Assembly (NCBI RefSeq): GCF_964355755.1
Contig: NC_092672.1
Span: 24,193,237 to 24,257,236, forward strand
Origin: Antedon mediterranea
Lineage: Eukaryota; Animalia; Echinodermata
Direction: 5' to 3'
Length of the DNA stretch: 64,000 bases
Shown: positions 1-12,700 of the stretch, piece by piece
Layout: every line of letters starts with the position of its first letter
Numbering within the stretch: the stretch's first letter is position 1
Translations under genes and position numbers: made by a program
The notes under the pieces: model-generated
The model's input: the letters and a program-made list of their open reading frames with translations, nothing else
Databases searched by the model: none
What the model was told of the DNA's origin: nothing

Positions 1-1528
1 TACTTGAACGCCTTATTTATGATCGAACATACAATTATCTTCAAAAAAATAGTATACTTTACAATAAACAATTTGGCTTTCGTAAGAACTATAATACATC
101 CACCGCACTTCTTCAATTAACAAATGAAATTGTTGGGGCTTTCGAGAGGGGTGAATTTGCCATTGGTATTTTCATTGACCTCTCGAAGGCCTTTGATACA
201 ATTGATCACGATATTTTATTATATAAGTTACATACTTATGGAATCCGTGGCCCTGTATATAATTTATTCAAAAGCTACCTTTCAAACCGCAAGCAATGCA
301 CTAAATTTAAACACACCCTTTCTGATTTTCTTCCTATTATTTGTGGAGTCCCTCAAGGTTCCCTGCTTGGGCCTCTATTATTTTTATTATACATAAATGA
401 TATCCATAATGCCTCAAATATGTTTTCTTTTCTGTTGTATGCTGATGACACAACCCTTATTTACACTGATAAAAATATAGATTCCCTTTTTAAAATATCA
501 ACCGAAAATCTACCCAAAATTTTAACATACTTTTCTGCAAACAAACTTTCTGTTAATCTAAAAAAGTGCTGTTGTATGGTGTTCAAAAATTCACAAATAC
601 CACTAAATACTAGTACTTTTAAACTAAAAATTAAAGATCAATTAATACCTATTGTTGAGAAAACTAAATTTCTTGGTGTTTATCTGGACTGTAAGCTAAA
701 TTGGAAACATCAGATTACTCAAGTCGAAAACAAAATATCCAAAAGTTCTGGTATCATATATAGATTATCATCTTTCATCCCTCAAAACATACTCCGGATT
801 CTTTACTGTTCACTAATCCTCCCTTACCTCACTTACTGTAATATTATTTGGGGTAATACATACCCGTCCTACTTAAACAAACTGTTATTGATCCAAAAGA
901 AAACCGTAAGATACATAGCAAATGCTCCTCCTTTATCCCATTCCAATCCTTTATTTTCTTCATTTGGTCTTCTTAAAATTCAGGATATTAACCATCTTCA
1001 ACAAAGTGTTTTCCTCTATTCATGGCTAAACTCGATCCTGCCATCACACTTTAATGATTTATTTAGTTTCAATCTTAATTTTCATAACCACAGTACTCGG
1101 AGCGCAAATCAAATACGTATTCCTTTTTTTAAAACTACTTCTTTTAAATATAGCATTAAGTTCACTGGTCCTAAACTTTGGGATAACGTACCAGTTAATA
1201 TAAAAAGTGCTTTGTCTAAGAAGAGTTTTTCTTTTAAATTGAAACGGCACCTCTTATCTAGTTATGTTTAATTATCCTTTCACTCATTGTAGTTTTGATA
1301 TTTAGTCTTTTCGGTACCCTGAATCTAAAAGTCTTCATTACTGTTTTTGTCCTGTTTCCGGTTCCCGTGTTGTCCTGTTTTTTTTTTTTCATTTTCTATG
1401 GGCTGCCTTATACAAGCTTTGCTTTTTAGGAATGTTGCCCCTCTTATTTCAATAATTTTTACTGCTAATTTTTATTTTCTATGAAAGACAAGAGAAATAA
1501 ATGTTACTTTGATTGATTGATTGATTGA
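1..1528 (+). mobile_element. 3' part of a non-LTR retrotransposon, L2/CR1 group (Crack/Daphne-like); 5' end lies outside the window
   Basis: RT ORF to 1271, then a 3' UTR with an ACAAGC-TTT-GCTTT stem motif (~1412-1426), AATAAA at 1496-1501 and a (TTGA)5 tail at 1509-1528. Confidence 0.93.
3..1271 (+). CDS. LINE ORF2 reverse transcriptase, C-terminal 422 aa (5'-partial)
   Basis: Frame is open from base 3, upstream of the track ORF at 420: QFGFRK...FIDLSKAFDTIDH...GVPQGSLLGPLLFLLYINDI...YADDT...KFLGV...YCNIIWG...HNHSTR...GPKLWD. Confidence 0.95.
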   Translation, partial: LERLIYDRTYNYLQKNSILYNKQFGFRKNYNTSTALLQLTNEIVGAFERGEFAIGIFIDLSKAFDTIDHDILLYKLHTYGIRGPVYNLFKSYLSNRKQCTKFKHTLSDFLPIICGVPQGSLLGPLLFLLYINDIHNASNMFSFLLYADDTTLIYTDKNIDSLFKISTENLPKILTYFSANKLSVNLKKCCCMVFKNSQIPLNTSTFKLKIKDQLIPIVEKTKFLGVYLDCKLNWKHQITQVENKISKSSGIIYRLSSFIPQNILRILYCSLILPYLTYCNIIWGNTYPSYLNKLLLIQKKTVRYIANAPPLSHSNPLFSSFGLLKIQDINHLQQSVFLYSWLNSILPSHFNDLFSFNLNFHNHSTRSANQIRIPFFKTTSFKYSIKFTGPKLWDNVPVNIKSALSKKSFSFKLKRHLLSSYV

Positions 1529-2033
1529 AATAATTATCATCAAACAAACATAAACATATTCAAAGAGCAAAACAATAAACATAACGTTTATCTTTTTTCT
1601 TTACATGTTAATATATAAAACTTGAAAGTATGCACTTTCATAATATGTAACTGTTTAAAATTTGTGAAGATTTCATCATAGTAAAAATTATGATTTAAGT
1701 TCATTATGTCATAATCAACTTGCATCGAGGGGGTTCACGACATACCGAATGCACGAGGACTCTTTCTTCGGATTTTCTTCAGCAGGTGCTCATATGGCTC
1801 GATGTGTAGTGCAACCGACTTTGGTATCAGATGTACCGGGTTCGAGTCCCGTCACGGGAAAACAATTAATTAAAAGGGTTTAGTTGGTTATTACACTGAG
1901 AGGGCAGTTTTAATTTTGAATAGCCTACTTTTTTTTGAAAAGTCATAACTTGGAAGTACTTGAATACGCAAGATACGCTTTGTTGCTGGCGGATAACCAA
2001 ACTCGTCCTCAAGTGACGAGTTTAAGTTCTAGT
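1529..2033 (+). mobile_element. 3' portion of a Helentron/Helitron-type non-autonomous element, different from the downstream array family
   Basis: Ends with hairpin AAACTCGTC-ctcaagt-GACGAGTTT (1999-2023) then aagtt-CTAG-T (2029-2033). This is the same end architecture as the array units. Confidence 0.65.
1787..1858 (+). other. tRNA-derived (Pol III A/B box) sequence embedded in a repeat; not a functional tRNA
   Basis: A-box-like TGGCTCGATGTG (1795-1806) and B box GGTTCGAGTCCC (1839-1850) at tRNA spacing. Acceptor stem pairs poorly. Confidence 0.6.
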
Positions 2034-2040
2034 TATTATT

Positions 2041-5000
2041 ATTAGGTGATCATTTAGAATAAAATGATCACCTATTGTTATTGTACAAAATCTTTATTAT
2101 TATTGTTATTATTATTATTATTATTCTTCTTTCTGTACACTTTTTGTTTAGCAATTATCTCAAAAAGTTGAATAACAATGATCACAAAAATTTCACAATG
2201 TCTTTCAAGTACTTTAACTTAGCCATATTAAGCTTTTCATCGTGATCACTCAACCGTGACGTCACGTATACGCGATTTTGTGAAATCACATTATCAATCA
2301 TATGTCCATAATTGATTATCACATATTTATGAAATTCTCTACACGTAAATTTCAGGTCAAGGTAAAAAATATTAGCAAATAAAAACTCGCGCGTCTCAAG
2401 GTCATGCACGTGAAATCGCGCATAAAGATTTTAAAAAGCTCAAAATTAAGTTTTGATCAATTTAGAGTATGAATTAGGTCAATTGCGTGTTTCAAAAAAT
2501 TACTGCGCAAAAATACGTTTTTGCGTACGCAATCCTTAAAAAGCGTAAAAAATAAAATTTGATTGATACATCACATTCTACACACAATCCTTAGTACATT
2601 CTCCGATTTTGAGTCCAGTCCGACTTAAAATAACGGTATACGAGCACGTTAAACATGACAAAATGCGCACATTAATTGTACAAAAGTGCTAAAAATGGTA
2701 AAAAGTAGGGCCCTTTTAAAATGAATATAACTCTTCAGAATGGAAGATGACCCCCAATTTTTTTAACTTAATATGGAAGCCAATGAGTTGTAGATATAAA
2801 TGTATATACACATTAGACGTACAAAATGGTATGACGTCATCAAATGGCCACTTGAAATTAAAAATTAGTAATTTTTATCTTTTTGTGTGGGTTATCACAT
2901 TCAATAGAGCGCATCTCCGGTATTTGAACCCAATTTTAGCTCAACTTTTAGTATGTGCTTGCTCAATTAATTATCTTTCTCATGAGTTGTCAACATTTTC
3001 ATTTTGATGACGTCATTATGCGTAAAAACTTGAATAACCTAGGTCGTGTATTTTCAGCTACACCATACATTTGAATATCTTACAGCTCTTCAGAATTAAA
3101 GGTGACCTTGAAGATTATAACTTATTATGAAAGCTGATGAAATGTAGATATGAATTCATAAAAAAATTAAGCCTATTGGATGTTGTGACGTTATCTTATG
3201 GCCAGTTGAAGTTAAAAAGTAGTTTTTAAATTTCTTTAGTTGAAGTTATACAAATTTCAAAGAGCGCGCATTGCGCTTCTACGTGTCAAAATCTCTTCCA
3301 ATCCTTATATTTATTTGCTCAATTCATTATCTTTCGAAATTGTCATCTTCGAGTTTATTTTGATAATTCCATCATACCAAAAATTTAGAACACGATGTGG
3401 GTCCCGTAATTTCACCTATGCTACACTGTATATAGATATACAGTGTATACTGTACATATTGTATATGAAACATAATAGGTACAACTCAGCACTATAAGTG
3501 TATATGCATCATGTCATAGGATGGCGTACATCAACTTTTTACGATCGTATGTTAACGTACGTGCATGTTTAAAAAATGTTAATTTCATTAAAATAATAAA
3601 AATGATCACCTATAATTCGTCAAAGTGACGAATTAAATTAATTAGGTGATCATTTAGAATAAAATGATCACCTAATGTTATTGTACAAAATCTTTATTAT
3701 TATTATTATTAGGTGATCATTTAGAATAAAATGATCACCTATTGTTATTGTATGAAATCTTTATTATTATTATTTTTTTTTTTTTTATTCTTTCTGTACA
3801 CTTTTTGTGTAACAATTATCTCAAAAAGTTGAATGGCAATGATCACAAAAAATTCACAGTGTCTTTCAAATACTTTAACTTAGCCATAATAAGCTTTTCA
3901 GCGTGATCACTCAACCGTGACGTCACGTATACGCGATTTTGTGAAATCACACTATCAATCATATCTCCATAAATCTTTATCACATATCAATAAAATTCAC
4001 TATACGTAAACTTCAGGTGAAGGGTAAAAATATTAACAAATAAAAACTTACGTGTTTCAAGGTCATGCACGTGAAATCGCGCATTAAAATTTTAAAAAGC
4101 TCAAAATTAAGTTTTGATCAATTTAGAGCATAAAATAGGCCATTTGCGTGTTTTAAAAAATTACTGCGCAAAAACACGTTTTTGCACGTGCGTACTTAGA
4201 AAGCGTAAAAAATACATTTTTTTTTGTACAAATTGCATTCTACTCATCTTCCTTGGTAGATTCACCAAATGTGAGTCCATTTCGATTTAAAATAGTGCTA
4301 TACGAGCACGTTAAAAATGACAAAATGCGCACATTAATTGTACAAAAGTGCTAAAAATGGTAAAAATTAAGGCCTTTTTAAAAAGAATATAACTCTTCAG
4401 AATGGCAGGTGACCCCCATTTTTTTTAACTTATTATGGAAGCCAATAAGTTGTAGATATAAATATATATACATATTAGACGTAAAAAATGGTATGACGTC
4501 ATCAAATGGCCACTTGAATTTAAAAATTAGTAATTTTTATGTTTTTGTGTGGGTTATCACATTCAACAGAGCCCATCTCCGTTATTTGAGCTCGATTTGC
4601 GCACAAATTTTAGGATGTGCTTGCTCAATTAATTATCTTTCTCAGGAGTTGTCAACATTTTTGTTTTGATGACGGCATCATGCGTAAAAACTTGAATAAC
4701 CTAGGTCGTGTATTTTTAGCTACACCATACATTTGAATATCTTACAGCTCTTCAGAATTAAAGGTGACCTTGAAGATTATAATTTATTATAAAAGCTGAT
4801 GAAACGTAGATATGAATTCATATAAAAATTAGGCCTATCGGATGTTGTGACATTATGAAATGGTCAGTTTAATTTAAAAGGTAGTTTTTTTCTCTCTTTC
4901 GTCAAATTTATACAAATTTCAAAGAGCGCGCATTGCGCTTCTACGTTTCAAATTCTCTTCCAATCCTTATATTTATTTGCTCAATTCATTATCTTTCGAA

Positions 5001-8000
5001 ATTGCCATCTTCGAGTTTATTATGATAATTCCATCATACCAAAAAATTAGAACATGATGTGGGTCCCGTAATTTCACCTATGCTACACTGTATATAGATA
5101 TACAGTAAATACTGTACATATTGTATATGGCATATAATAGGCACAACTCAGCACTATAAGCGTATGCATCATGTCATAGGATGGCGTACATCAACTTTTT
5201 ACGATCGTATGTTAACGTACGTGCATGTTTAAAAAAATTTAATTTCATTAAAATGATAAAAATGATCACCTATAATTCGTCAAAGTGACGAATTAAATTC
5301 TAGTTGTTATTATTCTTCATTCTGTACACTTTTTGTTTAGCAAATATCTCAAATAGTTGAATAACAATGATCACACAAATTTCACAAAGTCTTTCAAATA
5401 CTTTAACTTAGCCATAATAACCTTTTCAGCGTGATCACTCACCTGTGACGTCACGTATACGCCATTTTGTGAAATCACATTATCAATCATATCTCCATAA
5501 TTAATTATCACATAATAATGAAATTCAATACACGTAAACTTCAGGTCAAGGGTAAAAATATTAGCAAATAAAAAATGCACGTGCACGTAGGGTCATGCGC
5601 GTGAAATCGCGCGTTAAAAATTTAAAAAGCTCAAAATTAAGTTTTGATCAATTTAGAGCATGAATTAGGTCATTTGCGTGTTTCAAAAAATTACTGCGCA
5701 AAAAAATATTTTACGCGCGCGATACTTACAAAGCGTAAAAAATGCAATTTTTTTATACAAATCGCATTCTACTCACCATCCTTAGTACATTCACCAAATT
5801 TGAGTCAGTTCCGACTTAAAATAACGCTATACGAGCAGGTTAAAAATGACAAAATTGCCAAATTAATTGCATCAAAGTGATGAAAATGGTGAAAAATAGG
5901 GCCCTTTTAAAATGAATATAACTCTTCAGAATGGAAGATGACCCCCAATTTTTTTAACCTAATATGGAAGACAATGAGTTGTAGATACATATTCATGTAC
6001 ACATTAGACGTACAAAATGGTATGACGTCAACAAATGGCCACTTCAATTTAAAAATTTGTAATTTTTATATTTTTGTGTGCGTTATCACATTCAATAGAG
6101 CACATCTCCGTTATTTAAGCCCGTTTTTTGCAGATATTTTAGTATGTGCTTGCTCAATTAATTATCTTTCTCATGAGTTGTCAACATTTTTATTTTGATG
6201 ACGTCATCACGCGTAAAAACTTGAATAGCCAAGGTCGTGTAATTTCAGCTACACCATACATTTGAATATCTTATAGCTCTTCTGAATTAAAGTTGACCTT
6301 GATGTTTGTAACTTATTATGAGAGCTGATAAAATGTAGATATGAATTTATTTAAAAATTATGCCTATCGGATGTTATAACGTTATCATATGGCCAGTTGA
6401 AGTTAAAAAGTAGTTTTTTCATTTTTTTCGTCAAAGTTAAACAAATTTGAAAGAGCGCGCACCGCGCTTCTACGTGTCAATTTTTCTTCCAATTGTTATA
6501 TTTTATTGCTCAATTCATTATCTTTCGATATTGTTATCCACAATTTTATTTTGACAACGTCATCATACCAAAAATTAGAATATGATGTGGGTCCCGTAAT
6601 TTCACCTATGCTACACTGTATATAGATATACAGTATATACTGTACATAATGTATATGGCATATAATAGGCACAACTCAGCGATATAAGCGTATGCATCAT
6701 GTCATAGGATGGCGTACATCAACTTTTTACGATCGTATGTTAACGTACATGAATGTTTAAAAAATGTTAATTTCATTAAAATGATAACAATGATCACCTA
6801 TAATTCGTCAAAGTGACGAATTAAATTCTAGTTATTATTCTTCTTTCTGTACACTTTTTGTTTAGCAATTATCTCAAAAAGTTGAATAACAATGATCACA
6901 AAAATTTCACAATGTCTTTCAAATACTTTAACTTAGCCATAATAAGCTTTTCAGCGTGATCACTCAACCGTTACGTCACGTATACGCGATTTTGTGAAAT
7001 CACACTATCAATCATATCTCCATAACTCTTTATCACATATCAATAAAATTCACTATACGTAAACTTCAGGTGAAGGGTAAAAATATTAACAAATAAAAAC
7101 TTACGTGTTTCAAGGTCATGCACGTGAAATTGCACGTTAAAAATTGAAAAAGCTCCAAATTAAGTTTTGATCATTTTAGAGCATAAATTAGGCCATTTGC
7201 GTGTTTTAAAAAATTAATGCGCAAAAACACGTTTTTGCGCGTGCGTACATAGAAAGCGTACAAAAATATCATTTTTTTGTACAAATTCCATTCTACTCAT
7301 CTTCCTTAGTACATTCACCAAATTTGAGTCCATTCAGACTTAAAATAACGCTATACGAGCACGTTAAAAATGACAAAATGCGCACATTAATTGTACAAAA
7401 GTGCTAAAAATTGTAAAAAGTAGGGCCTTTTTAAAATGAATATAACTCTTCAGAATGGAAGATGACCCCTAATTTTTTTAACTTAATATGGAAGCCAATA
7501 AGTTCTAGATATAAATGTATATACACATTAGACGTACAAAATGGTATGACGTCATCAAATGGCCACTTCAATTAAAAAATTAGTAATTTTTTTTTTTTTG
7601 TGTGGGTTATCATATTCAATAGAGCGCATCTCCATTATTTGAACCCGATTTTCGCAGAAATTTTAGTATGTGCTTGCTCAATTAATTATCTTTCTCATGA
7701 GTTGTCAACATTTTTATTTTGATGACTTCATCACGCGTAAAAACTTGAATAAACTAGGTCGTGTAATTTCAGCTACACCATACATTTGAATATCTTATAG
7801 CTCTTTAGAATTAAAGGTAACCTTGAAGATTATAACTTATTATGAAAGCTGATGAAATGTAGATATGAATTCATATAAAAATTAAGCCTATCGGATGTTG
7901 TGATGTTATCATATGGCCAGTTGAAGTTAAAAAGTAGTTTTTAAATTTCGTTAGTCGTAGTTAATCAAATTTCAAAGACCGCGCATTGCGCTTCTACGTG

Positions 8001-9888
8001 TCAAATACTCTTCCTATCCTTATATTTATTTGCTCAATTCATTATCTTTTGAAATTGTCATCTTCGAGTTTATTTTGATAATTCCATCATACCAAAAAAT
8101 TAGAACATGATGTGGGTCCCGTAATTTCACCTATGCTACACTGTATATAGATATACAGTATATACTGTACATATTGTATATGACACATAATAGGTACAAC
8201 TCAGCGCTATAAGTGTATATGCATCATGTCATAGGATGGCGTACATCAACTTTTTACGATCGTATGTTAACGTATGTGCATGTTTAAAAAATGTTAATTT
8301 CATTAAAATGATAAAATGATCACCTATAATTCGTCAAAGTGACGAATTAAATTCTAGTTATTATTATTATTCTTTCTGTTCACTTTTTGTTTAGCAATTA
8401 TCTAAAAAAGTTGAATAACAATGATCACAAAAATTTCACAATGTCTTTCAAATACTTTAACTTAGCCATAATAAGCTTTTCAGCGTGATCACTCAACCGT
8501 GACGTCACGTATACGCGATTTTGTGAAATCACACTATCAATCATATCTCCATAACTCTTTATCACATATCAATAAAATTCACTATACGTAAACTTCAGGT
8601 GAAGGGTAAAAATATTAACAAATAAAAACTTACTTGTTTCAAGGTCATGCACGTGAAATTGCACGTTAAAAATTTCAAAAGCTCCAAATTAAGTTTTGAT
8701 CAATTTAGAGCATGAATTAGGCCATTTACGTGTTTTAAAAAATTACTGCGCAAAAACACGTTTTTGCGCGTGCGTACATAGAAAGCGTAAAAAAATACGA
8801 TTTTTTTTGTACAAATTGCATTCTACTCATCTTCCTTAGTACATTCACCAAATTTGAGTCCATTCAGACTTAAAATAACGCTATACGAGCACGTTAAAAA
8901 TGACAAAATGCGCACATTAATTGTACAAAAGTGCTAAAAATTGTAAAAAGTAGGGCCTTTTTAAAATGAATATAACTCTTCAGAATGGAAGATGACCCCT
9001 AATTTTTTTAACTTAATATGGAAGCCAATAAGTTCTAGATATAAATGTATACACATTAGACGTACAAAATGGTATGACGTCATCAAATGGCCACTTCAAT
9101 TAAAAAATTAGTAATTTTTATCTTTTTGTGTGGGTTATCACATTCAATAGAGCGCATCTCCGTTATTTGAACCCGATTTTCGCAGAAATGTTAGTATGTG
9201 CTTGCTCAATTAATTATCTTTCTCAAGAGTTGTCAACATTTTTATTTTGATGACGTCATCACGCGTAAAAACTTGAATAAACTAGGTCGTGTAATTTCAG
9301 CTACACCATACATTTGAATATCTTATAGCTCTTCAGAATTAAAGGTAACCTTGAAGATTATAAGTTATTATGAAAGCTGATGAAATATAGATATGAATTC
9401 ATATAAAAATTAAGTCTATCGGATGTTGTGATGTTATCATATGGCCAGTTGAAGTTAAAAAGTAGTTTTTAAATTTTGTTAGTCGTAGTTAATCAAATTT
9501 CAAAGAGCGCGCATTGCGCTTCTACGTGTCAAATTCTCTTCCTATCCTTATATTTATTTGCTCAATTCATTATCTTTTGAAATTGTCATCTTCGAGTTTA
9601 TTTTGATAATTCCATCATACCAAAAAATTAGAACATGATGTGGGTCCCGTAATTTCACCTATGCTACACTGTATATAGATATACAGTATATACTGTATAC
9701 ATATTTTATATGACACATAATAGGTACAACTCAGCGCTATAAGTGTATATGCATCATGTCATAGGATGGCGTACATCAACTTTTTACGATCGTATGTTAA
9801 CGTATGTGCATGTTTAAAAAATGTTAATTTCATTAAAATGATAAAATGATCACCTATAATTCGTCAAAGTGACGAATTAAATTCTAGT
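2041..9888 (+). mobile_element. Array of five ~1.52-kb Helentron-associated non-autonomous elements (HINE / DINE-1-like)
   Basis: 5' head TAGGTGATCATTT-agaat-AAAATGATCACCTA at 2043, 3643 and 3710, followed by (TTA)n. Five homologous bodies start at ~2126, 3790, 5314, 6840 and 8371. Each ends with subTIR AATGATCACCTA, hairpin AATTCGTCA-aag-TGACGAATT and aaattCTAGT (CTAG at 5300, 6828, 8354, 9884; altered in unit 1). Confidence 0.88.
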
Positions 9889-10110
9889 TAATTATTAATT
9901 TTTGTTATGTGTTCGTGGGCACGGCGTGTGTGTCCATAATAATTATATCTCAATTTGATTATGTATAAAAATTCTACGATATGTTAGTTACGATTCTGTA
10001 TAGACCTATAACTTTTATATTATATTATCGGTTATTTTACAAGTATATTAATGGTGCGTTTATCAATTATAACAATGGGGAATGCTAATTGTTAATACTA
10101 TATTTTCAAC

Positions 10111-10191
10111 AGGGGCAGCCTTCACATAATGTAAGGTATTAGATGTAATATCAATACCATAATCTACATAATGTAATGGTGGCTGCCCCCT
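10111..10191. repeat. Small inverted-repeat-bounded element (MITE remnant)
   Basis: GGGGCAGCC ... GGCTGCCCC ends, with internal ACATAATGTAA repeated twice. Confidence 0.4.
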
Positions 10192-10299
10192 TTGTTATTA
10201 TTACAGTAGTTTTACATTATATATTTAGTTATTTCGTCATTTAATAATAAATGACATTTTCCATCCATTTCGGTGTTTTGTTTCCTTTGTTTTGTCCTG

Positions 10300-10590
10300 G
10301 ACTCTGTTGACACAAATGTCTATTTGTATTGATAATGATTGCAAACTATTATTATGCCGATGACAGTGCCTTATGGTGGCTCATCATGATCCATTATACA
10401 TTTCAAATACAAAGTAATTTTAATGATTAGGCTATCCTTAGTCATGATTTCATTGAGTACTTGGTTTACAAATTGATAACTATATTTCAAGTGAAGACTA
10501 TGTTATTGTTACATGCAAAAAAGCTACTGTATGCCACATCAGTCTGGTATTCTGGTTTAACTTCACTTCTCAAAATAGACTGTAACCCTA
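10300..10590 (+). pseudogene. Highly decayed L2/CR1-group RT fragment
   Basis: Frameshifted DNDCKLL(L)YADDSAL at ~10331-10373 and YATSVWYSGLTSLL at ~10530-10572. Confidence 0.65.
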
Positions 10591-11405
10591 AATAAAAAGT
10601 TTTAATGTGTGTTTGTCAATTCTCTATGTTTTTCTTCTCTGAGACAAATATGGTACTATATTTTTCACATTAACGCTGAACTTTTGTCTGTCCCACTTAA
10701 TAAAGTTGAATTGTCAAGTTTGTTGAATTTAGCCTGGTTAGTGTCTGTCCGTTCATTCGTTAATTTAATATTTTAACAACTGTAGGACATAGTGAACAGA
10801 GGTTTTTTACTTTTTATAGGGTCTATGAACCTAGTTTGACTGTCTGTCCGTCCTTCTGTTCTCCCTTTTGACTTTGGCCTATTAGAACAAAGCAAAAACC
10901 AAATTCTCTTATCTAATTATAATTTGAGTAGAATATAAAAAAAGGAAATATAATGAAACACCTAACTTTTTCCTCAAATATGTTTGATACAGAGATGCTT
11001 TACTGACAGCTGTAAGTTGCTAACTTTTTTTTGTGCAATTGTTTTGTATTAAAATTGATTAGGGAAAAAAGAAATCACAAACCATTTTAATCTTTTGTAG
11101 TTTATTGTAAAGAACATATTGTTTTTATTTCATTTTCATAAATAGTAGTATACACTTACATATAAATAAAATTCAGTACCGTAATACTTAAAAACATATG
11201 CCTACAATGTTCAAGCAGTTAATGTAAGGGGAATAATTGGACAGTATTAAACAGTTAACATTAAAAAAAAAAATTAAATTTATTGTATTTCGGATCTCAA
11301 ACAACAACTGTTGTTCAGTGACTTTATAGAGATCATTACTGTTAGCTGCCAAGAAATGTTTTTCTTGGTTCTGTGAGATTTTGTTTAGTACATGCTGTTG
11401 TATCT

Positions 11406-11486
11406 CTACACATTTCCGAACTCCTTGCCTTGCTTTAGTAATCCTTCTAGCTTCATTTTCATTTTGTTTGTCATTTCTGTCATGGT
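11406..11486 (-). CDS. Candidate terminal exon of a small unidentified gene (TMTEMTNKMKMKLEGLLKQGKEFGNV*)
   Basis: Acceptor tttttcctattcattaaacAG, open phase-0 frame to TAG, and downstream AATAAA on the minus strand (~11278-11283). No homology recognised. Confidence 0.3.
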   Translation of the reverse strand, partial: TMTEMTNKMKMKLEGLLKQGKEFGNV

Positions 11487-12199
11487 CTGTTTAATGAATA
11501 GGAAAAAATATACCATTTAGTGACATGATTTATATATTTATACTTTTATTGTACATGAATGTTATTAAAGTGAAATGAGGTTGGTTATATTTTTTTAACG
11601 TGTACAAAATTGAACTATGGTGAAAAGCATGCAGTACATGAATGTTATTATAAAAAATGTTACACCTTTGTACCAGTAACTTCCGTAATGAATGAAGGAA
11701 TGTTGAATACTTTGATTTGGGTGAGGGTGGGGCTACTGATATTTTTTACCTACCTGTAATAGGTTACTTAATAATATTTTATTTTTATTTCTTAATTTTA
11801 ATTTATATATCAACTGACAGATATGAAAACCTCTACTAAAAAGTTGATAAACATCAAACAGTAACATCTTTATCTCATTGTAACATTAAACAACGGAAGC
11901 AGGTTAATAATACTGCAGTGTAATTCTTTAATATAATAAATAGTATGAATATTATTATTATAAAGTGTTGTACATTAAACAAGCATTACGGATTGTTTGT
12001 ATTATTCAGAAATATGCACAAAATTAAAATTTCACAAAGTGCCAGTGTAACTTGTTAACAACAGTTTCTACTAGGCCTACATTACAATTCCTTAATCTAA
12101 TAAACAGTGAACATGAATCTTATAATGAATTGATGCACATTACACAGGAGGTGGAGGATGGGTAGGGTTAATTGAAATAAGCACAATGGTGGTACTTAC

Positions 12200-12307
12200 C
12201 TGACTGAATGTTGAATACTGATTGTTGAATGTGTCTCTCCTGGCGGAGGGAAACAACAATTTACAAAAGAATGCCATAACATGTGGAGTAGCGTGATTGT
12301 TGTTCAC
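12200..12307 (-). CDS. Candidate 108-nt internal exon (VNNNHATPHVMAFFCKLLFPSARRDTFNNQYSTFSQ)
   Basis: Consensus donor CAG|GTAAGT at 12200, weak acceptor caacTAG|G at 12308. Only phase 0 is open. May be non-coding. Confidence 0.35.
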
Positions 12308-12635
12308 CTAGTTGTGTGTGTGTGTTATTATAAAATTTATTTTATCAAAATATTAAAACCACTTTAAAAATGAAATAAAAAATGTTTACATGGAACTACA
12401 GTGATATTTATTAGGGTGTCATCCTTTCACCCACTAACAAGTTTTACAATAACAAACCTTTTTTCTCATACTCTCTCTCTCTCTCTCTCTGTAAATGTGA
12501 CTTATCTCCAACTTTCCATATGGAAAATCTTACGATTACAAAATTGATGGCCGGATGGGCACCGACTGATAATTTTAAAAATGAAAATTTGTTTTAAGAT
12601 TACATTTCCATCTGATACAGTAATTAAGACACAGT

Positions 12636-12700
12636 CTTATCTATACTTCAATGTTTTAACCTTTAGACTCTAAAGGTTAAAAAATTGAAGTATAGATAAG
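12636..12700. repeat. Near-perfect 65-bp palindrome
   Basis: 32-bp arms (12636-12667 / 12669-12700), one mismatch, 1-nt spacer. Confidence 0.9.

Noticed and set aside
1787-1858. Functional tRNA gene
   Set aside because: Acceptor and anticodon stems pair poorly and it is embedded in a repeat. The same applies to ~63395-63465.
2747-6198. Recurrent 86-aa ORFs (MTPNFF...) in the array units
   Set aside because: They are by-products of the repeated non-coding unit, are disrupted in units 4 and 5, and show no recognisable domain.
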